The position numbers were made by a program, and so were the translations under genes. A DNA stretch of 63,610 nt, filler included, from Dimorphilus gyrociliatus (lineage: Eukaryota > Animalia > Annelida): assembly GCA_904063045.1 (NCBI GenBank). It is 4 parts of 4 records of this genome, joined end to end, with 100 filler letters (N's around TTAATTAATTAA, not from the genome) between each part and the next. Parts side by side here need not be neighbours in the genome. Positions count along the whole stretch, not along the records: positions 37,639 to 50,064 come from CAJFCJ010000270.1; positions 50,165 to 63,610 come from CAJFCJ010000196.1; 2 more parts are not named here. The stretch is one strand, 5' to 3'. Below the pieces are notes generated by a model that searched no databases, was not told the DNA's origin, and worked only from the letters and a program-made list of their open reading frames with translations. Of the stretch, positions 39,550 through 50,329 are shown piece by piece. Position 1 is the stretch's first letter; every line of letters begins with the position of its first letter.

Positions 39550-40038
39550 ATGGACAAAGACTTAAATAAACTTTTATCAATTGCTAAATATTCTGTAACA
39601 GCTACTCTATTCTTTTACTTAGGAATTTTAATAAGACGTAATTTTTGTGAGGATGGAATAACACGACAATACTATCAAGATTTTGTATATGAATTTCCAA
39701 TTAAAGATTTATTAGTTATTAATGAAAAAGAATGTAATGTTTTTGAAGAGAGAGATATTTTAAAATCAGTTAAAGAAGATAAAAAAGAAGATAAAAAAGA
39801 AGTTAAAGAAGTAGAAAAAGAAGTAGTTAAAAATAAAAAAGAAAATAAAAAGAAAGTTAAAGAAGTAGAAAAATCTAATATAGGAGATAAGTCTAATAAA
39901 GAAGAAGTTAAAGAAGAAGTAGGAGAAAAAAATATAGGAGAAAATATAGGAGAAGTAGAAAAATCTAATAAAGAAGATAAGTCTAATAAAGAAAATATAG
40001 TAGAAAAAGAAAAATCTAATAAAGAAAATAAAAATTAA
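39550..40038 (+). CDS. Hypothetical membrane-anchored protein with K/E-rich repetitive tail
   Basis: CCCCCC motif upstream; N-terminal hydrophobic segment SVTATLFFYLGILI; low-complexity KEEV/EKSNK repeats. Confidence 0.65.
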   Translation: MDKDLNKLLSIAKYSVTATLFFYLGILIRRNFCEDGITRQYYQDFVYEFPIKDLLVINEKECNVFEERDILKSVKEDKKEDKKEVKEVEKEVVKNKKENKKKVKEVEKSNIGDKSNKEEVKEEVGEKNIGENIGEVEKSNKEDKSNKENIVEKEKSNKENKN

Positions 40039-40109
40039 TATTTTATATTCATTTAATATATTTATTTACTATAATAATTACTTTTTAATTCTACTAAAAA
40101 AATCTTTTA

Positions 40110-40670
40110 TTACATTTTTTTTATTTTCTTCTTTTTATTATTTTTTATTTTATTTATATTTTCATATGAAATTTCATTTTCTTCTTTTAATTCAAATTTA
40201 TTTAAAAATAATCTATTCATTGATTTTTCATCTACGTTATAAATACCTTTACCTTTTAATAAATTTTTATTTTCTTGTATATTAAATTCACTACTACTAT
40301 CACTACTAATATTACTAATATTACTAATATTACTAATATTACTATTACTATTTATATTATTTATTTCTTTTTTATTTATATTTATATTTTCTTTTATTTG
40401 AGTTGTTTTTTTTAAAATTTTATTTATTTTTTCTTGACTTAATTTTATACCAAACTTTTTATTTTTTATTTTATTATTTATATTCTTTTTATTTATACTA
40501 TTTTCTTCTATTTCTAATTCTGTAGTATTTAAATATATGTTTTTTAATTGAATTCCTTTACTTCTATAAATTGATGAACAAGAATAACAAACTATTATAT
40601 TCTCTTCTTTATTTATCCAAGTAGGTGAATTAGAATTACAATTAATACAATTATTATTATTTATTATCAT
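40110..40670 (-). CDS. ArfGAP-domain protein (minimal)
   Basis: CINC-x16-CYSC-x4-R is the exact ArfGAP zinc-finger/arginine spacing; AACCCCA before the ATG. Confidence 0.75.
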   Translation of the reverse strand: MIINNNNCINCNSNSPTWINKEENIIVCYSCSSIYRSKGIQLKNIYLNTTELEIEENSINKKNINNKIKNKKFGIKLSQEKINKILKKTTQIKENININKKEINNINSNSNISNISNISNISSDSSSEFNIQENKNLLKGKGIYNVDEKSMNRLFLNKFELKEENEISYENINKIKNNKKKKIKKM

Positions 40671-40816
40671 TGGGGTTAAAAAAATATATTAATTTATTTA
40701 TTTTATATTTATTTATTTTATATTTATTTATTTAGTATTTGTATTATATATAATTTAGTATTTGTATTTGTATTAATTTAGTATTTGTATATTTATTTAT
40801 ATTTTGTATTTATAAT

Positions 40817-41536
40817 TTAGTATTGTATATAGTATTTATATAATTTATATTTAGTATTTGTATTTGTATTTGTATTTGTATTTGTATTTGTATTTGTATT
40901 TGTATTATTATTTGTATTTATATTAGTATAATCATTCATTGTATTATAATAATGATTTGTATTATTATCATTCAATGTACTACGACTAATTAGAAAATTA
41001 AATATACTTCCTTCTTTACATTTGTTTTTCAATTGTAAATTATCTACACATATTTTATTATTGTCTATTAAAAAATTATTATCTTTAGTAAAAATAATAG
41101 GAGATGAAAATTCTTCTTTAAATAATAAATCAGAGTTTAACATAAGATTAGGATTGTTATAAGATTTTATACTTAAGTTGTTACAGTTATTACTATCAAA
41201 TATAGTACAAGTTGTATATAAATTATTATTATTTATATTATTATTAGTATTTAATGTATTGTTATTAGTATTGTTATTAGTATTTAATGTATTGTTATTA
41301 GTATTGTTATTAGTATTTAATGTATTTAATGTATTGTTATTAGTATTTATATTAGTATTTGTATTTGTATTGGTAGTATATATATTTAGTATATATATAA
41401 ATATATATATGTTATAGTAGATAGATATATTCTTATAAATAGAATTATTATATATAGAATTATTATATTTTTTATATTCTTTTTTATATTCTTTTCTATA
41501 TTCTTTTCTATATTTATTATTAGTATAGGTTAACAT
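40817..41536 (-). CDS. Asn/Thr-rich hypothetical protein with a Cys-containing core (possibly ricin-B-lectin-like)
   Basis: Open 239-aa frame; hydrophobic IYIFIYIL segment; core FLIDNNKICVDNLQLKNKC flanked by NT-repeats; start uncertain. Confidence 0.4.
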   Translation of the reverse strand: MLTYTNNKYRKEYRKEYKKEYKKYNNSIYNNSIYKNISIYYNIYIFIYILNIYTTNTNTNTNINTNNNTLNTLNTNNNTNNNTLNTNNNTNNNTLNTNNNINNNNLYTTCTIFDSNNCNNLSIKSYNNPNLMLNSDLLFKEEFSSPIIFTKDNNFLIDNNKICVDNLQLKNKCKEGSIFNFLISRSTLNDNNTNHYYNTMNDYTNINTNNNTNTNTNTNTNTNTNTNTKYKLYKYYIQY

Positions 41537-41732
41537 ATTTATTTAATTTTTAAATTTATTTTTTATTACAGTTTTAACGTTATAAAACTTATTTTCTGTT
41601 ACTGTGATGTGATTCTTGTTTTATAAAAATAATATTATTTTATCTATAAAAGATTATTTATTATTATTTATTTTATATTTATTTAATATTTTATTATTTT
41701 TTTTATTATTTTTTGTAAAATTTAAAAAAAAT

Positions 41733-41814
41733 TAGTGTGAGGGGGATTTGAACCCCCGCCTCCGAAGAGACCAGAGCCTAATTCTGGCGCCTTAGACCGC
41801 TCGGCCATCACACT
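41733..41814 (-). tRNA. trnL-UAG: tRNA-Leu (anticodon UAG)
   Basis: Acceptor AGTGTGA/TCACACT, D-arm TGGCCGAGCGGTCTAAGGC, anticodon arm CCAGA-ATTAGGC-TCTGG, long variable arm CTCTTCGGAG, T-arm GGGGG-TTCAAAT-CCCCC. Confidence 0.95.
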
Positions 41815-42638
41815 AGTATAAATTTAATTATAAAATATATAAAATAAAATATATAATAAAATATATAAAATATATATAATAAAACAATAGTATAAATTTA
41901 ATTATAAAATATATAATTATAAAATTTATAAAATTTATAAAATAAAACAATAGTATATAAAATAAAACAATAGTATAAACTTTAATTATAAATAATAGTA
42001 TATAAAATATATAAAATTATATAATAGAAATATATATAAATAAATATATTTATTATATCTTAACACACTTCAACATATCTTTTCTATCTTTAATCAATAA
42101 CCTTCTTAAAATAGAATGTATACTCATAAAACAACAAATTATAACAAACAGTATAAACCAAACTAAATAATCTTTAATTGTAAATTTATCATAAGAATAT
42201 AATTCCATCTTATAATTTTATATAATAAATATATATTTAAGTTTTAGAATGTATTGTAAAACCTAAGTTTTATAAAAGAAACGTAAAGTTATATAAGTGA
42301 TTGTAAATAAATATTTTATATAAATGTATATGATTGTATATTAAATTAGTTCATATTAATTTAGTATATGATTTATTTCATATTAATTTTAGTATATTTA
42401 TTTTATATTAATTTTAGTATATGATTTTATATATTAAATTAGTATAGTTTATATTTATATTAAATTAGTATATTTATATTTTTTTAGTATTAGATATTAA
42501 ATAAATACAATCATATATTAAATTAATATAAAATATATAAATATATAAATATAAAATAATATAAAATATATAAATAATATATAATTATATATAAATACTA
42601 TACAACTCTATTAAAAATAATATATAAATATAAAATAN

Positions 42639-43717
42639 ACGCCTCAACTGTAGATCACATTATAACAGTTGAGGACATACTCCAAAGAACGTGTCCTGAT
42701 GCTATCTTCACTACTCTAGACATAAGCGAAGCATACAATTCTGTCTACAGAAACATCTTATATGAAGATCCTAGAAAGCTTAATATAGACGAAGGTTTAA
42801 TATATATGATTGAAACGACAATAGAAAATAATACAATAGAAATGCAAGCTAAGGGGATCAACATATCAGCACAAATGAAGAGAGGGGTCCCACAAGGAGT
42901 TGTGTTGAGTCCTCTACTTTTTAATATATACATAGACAAAATTACTAGACACATGACAGAACAGGAAAAAAAGAACATTATACTTTACGCTGATGATATT
43001 GCGATCATAGCATATGGCACAAGATATATAAACAATATGATCAAAAAGGCAGTAGACTTCTGTGAGAATAAATATCTAGAAATAAACCCAGGAAAAACAG
43101 AACTTACAGGCAGAGAAACACGATAATTAAAGTAAAAGACAAACAAATAGAGAGCAAAAGAACTATTTATTATCTCGGACCCCATTTAACAGAAAGGGAG
43201 TGAATACTAAATCTTACATGGCCTACAAAAGAAGATGCATCGCCTGTAGAGCTTGCAGATACGAAAGGTGATAGAAGATAAGAATATCAATCCTAGAAAT
43301 ATGATTAATAAGTCACTAAACATGTTTAAGATTTTTGCCTGGCCAACTTTAGACTACGCTTGGCAAATAACTCTGAAATCGAAGACGAGAAAAGCTGCAT
43401 ATGAAAGAAATATAAAGAAAGGAATAAAGACGATGCTCAGAATAAAGACACGAGTTTGTACAGAAAAGCTATACTCCATATTATCAATTGAAGCACCGAT
43501 AAATAGATTACTGAGATTGAAACGTAATCTACGTAATAGAATCAACAGACAGGACCAGAATAGAGTAAAAGAGATCATACAGGAAGGAAAGACTAAAAAA
43601 TCCTGTATGATTCACAATGAAGATGTTATTATGGAAAAAGAAGAAGATATTAAAAGACGAATGATAACTGAATGGGCTGCAAACTATACAAAACAACCAG
43701 CAGAACCAACAACTTAG
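42639..43717 (+). mobile_element. Non-LTR retrotransposon reverse-transcriptase relic 1
   Basis: LDISEAYNSV, GVPQGVVLSPLLFNIYID and ILYADDIAI RT motifs; stops and frameshifts downstream. Confidence 0.85.
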
Positions 43718-43789
43718 TAATGAAAAGACTCTTAGAATTGACAGAAGAGGAAGTAGAATACTAAACTCTCTAGAGAGAAATCGGTAAGA

Positions 43790-44845
43790 GGGGGTACCCA
43801 AGATACCGAAAAGCCGATGGCTGAATTCATTAAAATATTGTTCCTAACCAAAAAGCCGGACTTATTATAATACTAGACTTTGAGGAACAAAAATCCGTGC
43901 TACTATACGCCGATGACTTAATAATCATTGCATATAACGAGATATTTGCCCAAAAGATAGTTGACAAAATAACAGCCTATATAAAAGAGGTAAAGATGGA
44001 AATAATCCCGCTAAAAACATAAATTGTATCAGGAACCCCAGTCACTATAAATGTAAATAATAACATAATCAAATATAAGATATCAATGACGTACCTTGGA
44101 GTCCCAATCTGCCACAAAGAAATAAATCAAAAAGCATTCATGACAGCTAAGAGGAGAATAAGCCTGTACAGGACTATTCAACTGAAAAGATTTATGCAAC
44201 AATACAAAATAGAGCTTCGAAAATATGTTAAGGAAGATATCTATCTATGGAATATGTTTGTAAGACCAGTGGCCGAATATAGCTGGCACGAACTCACGAG
44301 ATCTAAAAAGAATATAACTGAATATGAAATAATAATGAAAGCATCAATAAAACTGCTATTCAATCTAAACACTAGTACATCATCAATGGAACTTTATTGC
44401 GTACTAGAAATGGAGAGACCTGCAGATAGGTTAGAAAGACTACTATACAATATAAAAAGCAGGATACACAAAAACAAGAACAGCTTTATCTTAACGAAAT
44501 CAAGAACAATCCTTCATATAAGGTGCTAAAAAACATAGAACAATCAAAAAAAATTAGCAAGGAAGATAACTTGATGCGACTCCAAATACTCACTCTCGGA
44601 TATAACACCTACAGACCACTCACCAGCTACAATAACGATATTCTAAAAGATCTACTCACTCAGCTGGATAATGAAGGTAAAGAGACGATGACCCCCAAGA
44701 CATGAACAAGTTAAAAAATAATCAAAATAAATAAACACACGAAAATTGGTAACGCCAAACTAGCCGGTCAGCTGCCCATGGCACATAGTACTGGTAATAC
44801 TCCTCCGGAGTATCAATTAAACTTATTATTATTATTATTATTATT
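43790..44845 (+). mobile_element. Non-LTR RT relic 2 with putative 3' UTR and (TTA)n tail
   Basis: VLLYADDLII and TYLGVPI motifs; C-terminal region similar to relic 1; GC-rich short hairpin ATACTC-CTCCG-GAGTAT, then (TTA)n at ~44823-44845. Confidence 0.7.
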
Positions 44846-46391
44846 TAGTTTTTCGGAATCTGAAAACCTTTCTATTTTAAAACAATATTCATATGGATTC
44901 TTAATAGTTTCGTTATCTTTTGTTGTCATTATGCCCTTTCGTGAGGAAAATGTTTATATAATTTTGATTGATTTAGATCAAAAATGTGGAGGTAATAATA
45001 ATTAATAACAAACCATTATTTTTGGGTTTAGTTAGCGCTCAGTGTTGTTTTATTTATTTATTTGGATATAAAAAAAGATTCAATAAATAAATTTATTGTA
45101 CTTATTATTATTATTATTAAATAAAACAATTTTTTTTGTAAATTTCACCAATTTTTAAAAATGATTTCATGTAAATCGTTTATAATCAAATTTAGTATCT
45201 CAGAAATTTTATATTTTGTAGAGTTTAAAGAGACAATAAGAATAGTTATTTCACTTTTCTTTCTAAGTCTCTAGAGATGGTACTTTTTTAAAAAAAAATT
45301 ATTGTTATAGTTTTGAGAATATTTTCTGTTGAAATAATGATAAAAATATAGTATTTACAAATGAAACTTCACTTTTGCACACTATGTTTAAGAGGTTAAA
45401 ATTATATGGAAGTTTACCTTCATTAAATGTATTTTTATGGCAAGATCAGTAAAAACTTTCTTAAAGAGGGAATAAAAATGAATGATAAATTAAAGTAATT
45501 ATAAATTTAATAAATATATCCGTTATAAAACATAAACTGTTTATATTCTTATTCTTAATTTCGTCATATTCATTCAAGTCTAATGTCTTAGCAGTTTCCA
45601 ATTCACTACTTACATAAGGGTGTAATTTTTGGTTGCAAAAGTGTAACTTTTGATCGAGAAATGTTGTAATATAAATAAAAAGTTAAACGGGAAAAATAAA
45701 CTAGATGAATTGTTTAATATTAACACTAAAGCAGAAGATACGAAAAATGATGTTGTATTTACATGGATAAATATACCAATCCAAACAAGAGTAACAGATA
45801 CCAAACGAAATATAACAGATATCATAGATGTTAAATATGAAGAAATCTTAAATATAGATATTGTAATGGGAATGATAGAGATCGCAGCGAAGAGAAAAGT
45901 GATTGAAAAATTAATTTATGTTCTAAAAAAATTTAAATGGGAAAGTAAAATTGTAAACATAAGACCAAACAGTAGGAAATTCTATAAAGATTTTTTGCTA
46001 AGATGGAATACAAATATCAAAACTACGTAGCTGCCCAAGGCAATAGTAGATGAAATAAAAAGAATTATAAATGTTCAAATTGTATGAAAAGTTAGAAACA
46101 TAAGATATTTAAATATAAATAAAGATACAGATACAGATGTAAAAATGAAAGTCACTAAATGTACCAAAGAAGAGAGTGAGGTTAAGCTTAATAACAAAAT
46201 CAATGATAATGAAGTAATAATAACTAAAATAGAATCACCGTCCAATGATAAAAAGACAAATATTAGTAAAACGATAAGAGCCTGGCCAGTATCGTACACC
46301 TATAATATGGGAAAAATATAAACATCAAATAAAAGAACGTTATTATCATTTATCAATCTAGCAGGCCTAACAGACACTAAGAAAAGTAATA

Positions 46392-48874
46392 CAGTCTGTA
46401 AAAAAAAGTGAACAAGCAAAATTTATTAAAAAACTTACGCAAACACCAATTTTATATTTACATAATACCTTAAAAGAATGGACAATAATCATGAAACTAA
46501 CAAGTATGATTTTGAAAAATTCTATGATCAGCTTAAACACTTTTTGGATCAACTAAAAAAAAGCCTATAGGCTTTTTTTTAGTTGTGTAAAATATTATAC
46601 AACCCATGGCTACGATATATGAAAACACTATAAGACATTTACTAAATGGTACCAATGAAGAAATAATAAGGTTCTTCAAGCAAAAGAGAATTCTTAAATC
46701 CAGTTTGAATTGTATATCATGTTCTGTTGAACTTTCAATGAAAAGATCTACTGCTAATATAGATGGATATGTCTATAGATGTTACAGTAGGCAATGTAGT
46801 TTTATCAAAAAGAGTATCGATAAGAACAAAGTCATTCCTTTCTGTTTCAAAAATTACATTAAAAAATTGGGCGAAGTTTATTTAGATGGTCTCAGGGAGA
46901 TTTAATAGAGAGGGGATGCGTGATATGCTATATCACAGCCCACTTTAATAAAAATATATAAATTAATAAGAAATGAAATTACAAAGTTCTTCAGTTTAAA
47001 TCCTGTTAGACTTGGAGGAGAAAATATAATTTGTCAAGTAGATGAGACCTTATTTTGCCAAAACCAAAATATCATCGTGGAAGAGCTTCCGAAGTGCAGG
47101 TATGGGTATTTGGAATTGCAGATACAAGCTATGTTCCTGCTAGATGTTTTTTGAAGGTCGTGCCTAACAGAAGAGCCACTACCCTTTTACCTATAATTAA
47201 CGACGTGTGTTTACCTAACACTATAATATTTTCTGATGAATGGGCAGCATATCAGAGAATAAGAGAAGGCAGTTATATACATGACACTGTCAACCACACT
47301 TTGGTGTTTGTAGATCCTGAATCAGGAGTATATACACAGAATATTGAGTCATGCTGGAGCTCAATAAAAAGAAAATTTAAATATATGAAAGGTGTTCATA
47401 AAACTCACCTACAATCTTATTTAAATGAGTTTATGTGGAGACAAAACTCAACAGAAGATATTTTTGAAAGATTGTTATTTTTAATATTAAATTATGTTAT
47501 TTAAAGTCGTTTTAATTAAAAAAATTTCTAGTCTTTTTTTTTAGTTGATCCAACTTTTTATCTTAAGAAAACTTTTTGGACTGTAAAAAAAAAAGTGAAC
47601 AGGATCAAAACTTTGAAATTTCCCTCCAATAAGGTATAACTTTGATCTAATTTAACCCTTTATGACTAGAAAAATCAATGAAGAAACAAAATGGAAAGCC
47701 ATATTGCTTTATAAAGAAAATTTCAAATATCGAGAGATTAGTGATAAAACAGGACTAGCTCTATCAACAGTCCACAAAATAATTAAAAAATATACTAATA
47801 ACAATACTATAGAACATTTAAGGGGGAATGGTCGTCCATCTAAGTTATCTAACAGTATGAAACATCATTTATTAAACCTTAATGATGAAAACAGATTTTT
47901 ATCAACAAGAAAGATAGCAAAAAAAATACAAATAGCATGTAATACCGATATTTACATGCATCTGTGAAGAATTACTTAAATAAAATGGACATCGAAGCCT
48001 TTACGCCATGTTCTAAGCCACTCTTACAACCAAGGCATATTAAAGCTAGATACAATGCAAGTAAGCGGTGGATTAAAATGCCAGAAAGCACGTTAAAAAC
48101 GATTATATTCTCTGATGAATCAAAGTTTAACCTTGCTAACAACGATGGAAGCCCAAAAGTATGGCGCACAAAGTCTTCTAAACTCGATATTCAAAATATC
48201 AAGAAAACTATAAAATTTGGAGGTGGCTCTGTGATGGCTTGGGGCTGTTTTTCATATCATGGTGTTGAAGAACTAAAATCTATAGATACAAAGATGGACG
48301 CCGCATATTATTGTAGCATTCTATCCAGCTCTTTACTTAATCTGTTGAAAAAATGGGTCTCAAAGAGTATATTTTTTGCAAGACAATGACCCAAAACACA
48401 CAAGCAAGCTTGCAAAAGAATTTTTTTCAGAAAATAATATTAAGTAGAACCTTGGCCAGCTCAATCACCAGACTGTACCCTATAGAACATCTGTGGGCAA
48501 TTATAAAGCGTAGAATAGGGCAGAAAACATTCAAAAAAAAATCGGACCTGAAAGAAGCTATAACTAAAGAATGGAATTCAATACCAATAGAGACATGTAG
48601 AAAACTAGCTTTAAACTTTAAAAATTTGCACTAATGGTATATAGAGCAAAAGACGGATATAATAATAAATAATTTTTCTTGTTCACTTTTTTTTTATAGT
48701 CCAAAAAGTTTTCCTGAGATAAAAAGTATTTAAGCTGATCATATAATTTTTCAAAATCATACTTGTTAGTATCGTGACAATTGTTTATTCTTCTAAGATA
48801 TTATGTAAATATAAAATTGTTGTTTTCATAAGTTTTTTAATAAATTTTTCTTGTTCACTTTTTTTTACAGGCTG
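46392..48874 (+). mobile_element. Tc1/mariner element with ~199-bp IR/DR-type TIRs and TA TSD
   Basis: TA-CAGTCTGTAAAAAAAAGTGAACAAG ... CTTGTTCACTTTTTTTTACAGGCTG-TA. Transposase 47662-48634 (HTH, GRPSKLS, FSDESKF, LQDNDPKH, WPAQSPD..PIEHLW) is frameshifted. Confidence 0.92.
46546..47551 (+). mobile_element. Merlin transposon 2 inserted in the Tc1 left TIR
   Basis: TIRs GGATCAACTAAAAAAAA(A)G; 8-bp TSD CACTTTTT/AACTTTTT; Zn ribbon CISC...CYSRQC; DDE VDET, SDEWAAY, TQNIESCW; frameshifted. Confidence 0.9.
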
Positions 48875-50064
48875 TATATATAATTATATTCTACACACGA
48901 ACTCTACCATTATAACAATTCTAGAAGCTATGACACAAGTAAATGCCCCCAGGGTATACAATAATTACGCAAGACACACCTAGTAGATCATATAATGAAG
49001 GAAGATCTATAGAAGGAATGGTCGTATACATAAAACAAGATGAAGTGATCTCAGACATTATCATAGAAGACAATATAATATCATTTACATTTAGAAATAA
49101 TAAAATAATAATGGTATACAGACACCCCGCCAAGAAATTGATTTAAATTTACACAATAAACTAACTTAAACTATAAATGATTTAAAGAACACGATTATAG
49201 TAGCTTGAGATTTAACGACCCAGATAATGTGCAGCACACCGAAGCTATAGATGAAATGTTACTAGATGTCGGATTGATAAACCAGGAAAAAGGTATAACA
49301 TTCACACAAGGAAATAACAACTTACCCCCAATTTTATCTTTTCAAATGTAAATATTAAACAGAATATATATAAACTAGATAACATTAATCACTGTTTGAT
49401 TAACCTGAATATAGAAGAACAGGTAAATAATAATAAAACCTGGTTAAGTAAGAAAAAGATCAGAGATATAAAAAACATAAGAAGTTACAAATAGAGTTAG
49501 GGTTAACAATGTGAAGAAGTCCTGATATGAACAAAGACCTTTACAATTTCTTTGTGAAGTACTGTAGTGTTGGGGCTAAACATTGTAGATACTACATAAA
49601 TTTGAACAATTAATATTTTCGACTTAGAAGAATCAGGAATATGAACAGGAGACAAGGAGACATTACAAGCAATATAAATAATAAAAAAAAAGATAAAAAA
49701 ACTTATAAAAAATATTAAAAAGCCATCAAATCACATGAGAACATCAAGGATGGATTATATATATTGAAGTACAATCGGAATTTGAAAGGAGATGTAATAG
49801 GACTAGTGACCAAAGAGAATTAACTATCAATAATGTTTTCGAATTTTTAAAAGACAATACCCCCCTAAAGTTTATGCAAAAAGACTAAAGTGAAAAAATG
49901 CAGTAATTATACTATTAATAGCTATGAAATAAATAAAGCAATAGACTCTCTCAAAGCAGGAAAAGCAAGCGGGAAGTCTGGTCAACTAAATGAAATGTAT
50001 AAAGCATTAGACGAAAATAATAGAAATATTCTCAAAAATAGAATTAGCAATTATATTGTTAAAA

Positions 50065-50164
50065 NNNNNNNNNNNNNNNNNNNNNNNNNNNNNNNNNNNN
50101 NNNNNNNNTTAATTAATTAANNNNNNNNNNNNNNNNNNNNNNNNNNNNNNNNNNNNNNNNNNNN
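50065..50164. other. Artificial contig linker
   Basis: N44-TTAATTAATTAA-N44. Confidence 0.98.
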
Positions 50165-50329
50165 AATTACCCTCTTCATTTTTTTAGTACGTGACAATAC
50201 CAATATACTTGTTCAATGTAGAAATGAAGATAGTCAGTGAAAAAAGCCTTTTTTTACTCTTTTTTGTGAATGTATATGTTTTTTATTTATTTTCTAAGAA
50301 ATTTTATGCCCTCCGGACATATCCTACAG

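Larger units (their letters stand above)
45650..50064 (+). mobile_element. Degenerate LINE (N-terminal region + APE endonuclease + start of RT), interrupted by Tc1
   Basis: One reading frame with stops from 45650 to FINLAGLTDTKKSN; resumes after the Tc1 as IYNYILH...ITILEA, then G.VVYIK and EINKAIDSLKAGKASG (pre-RT motif). Confidence 0.75.
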
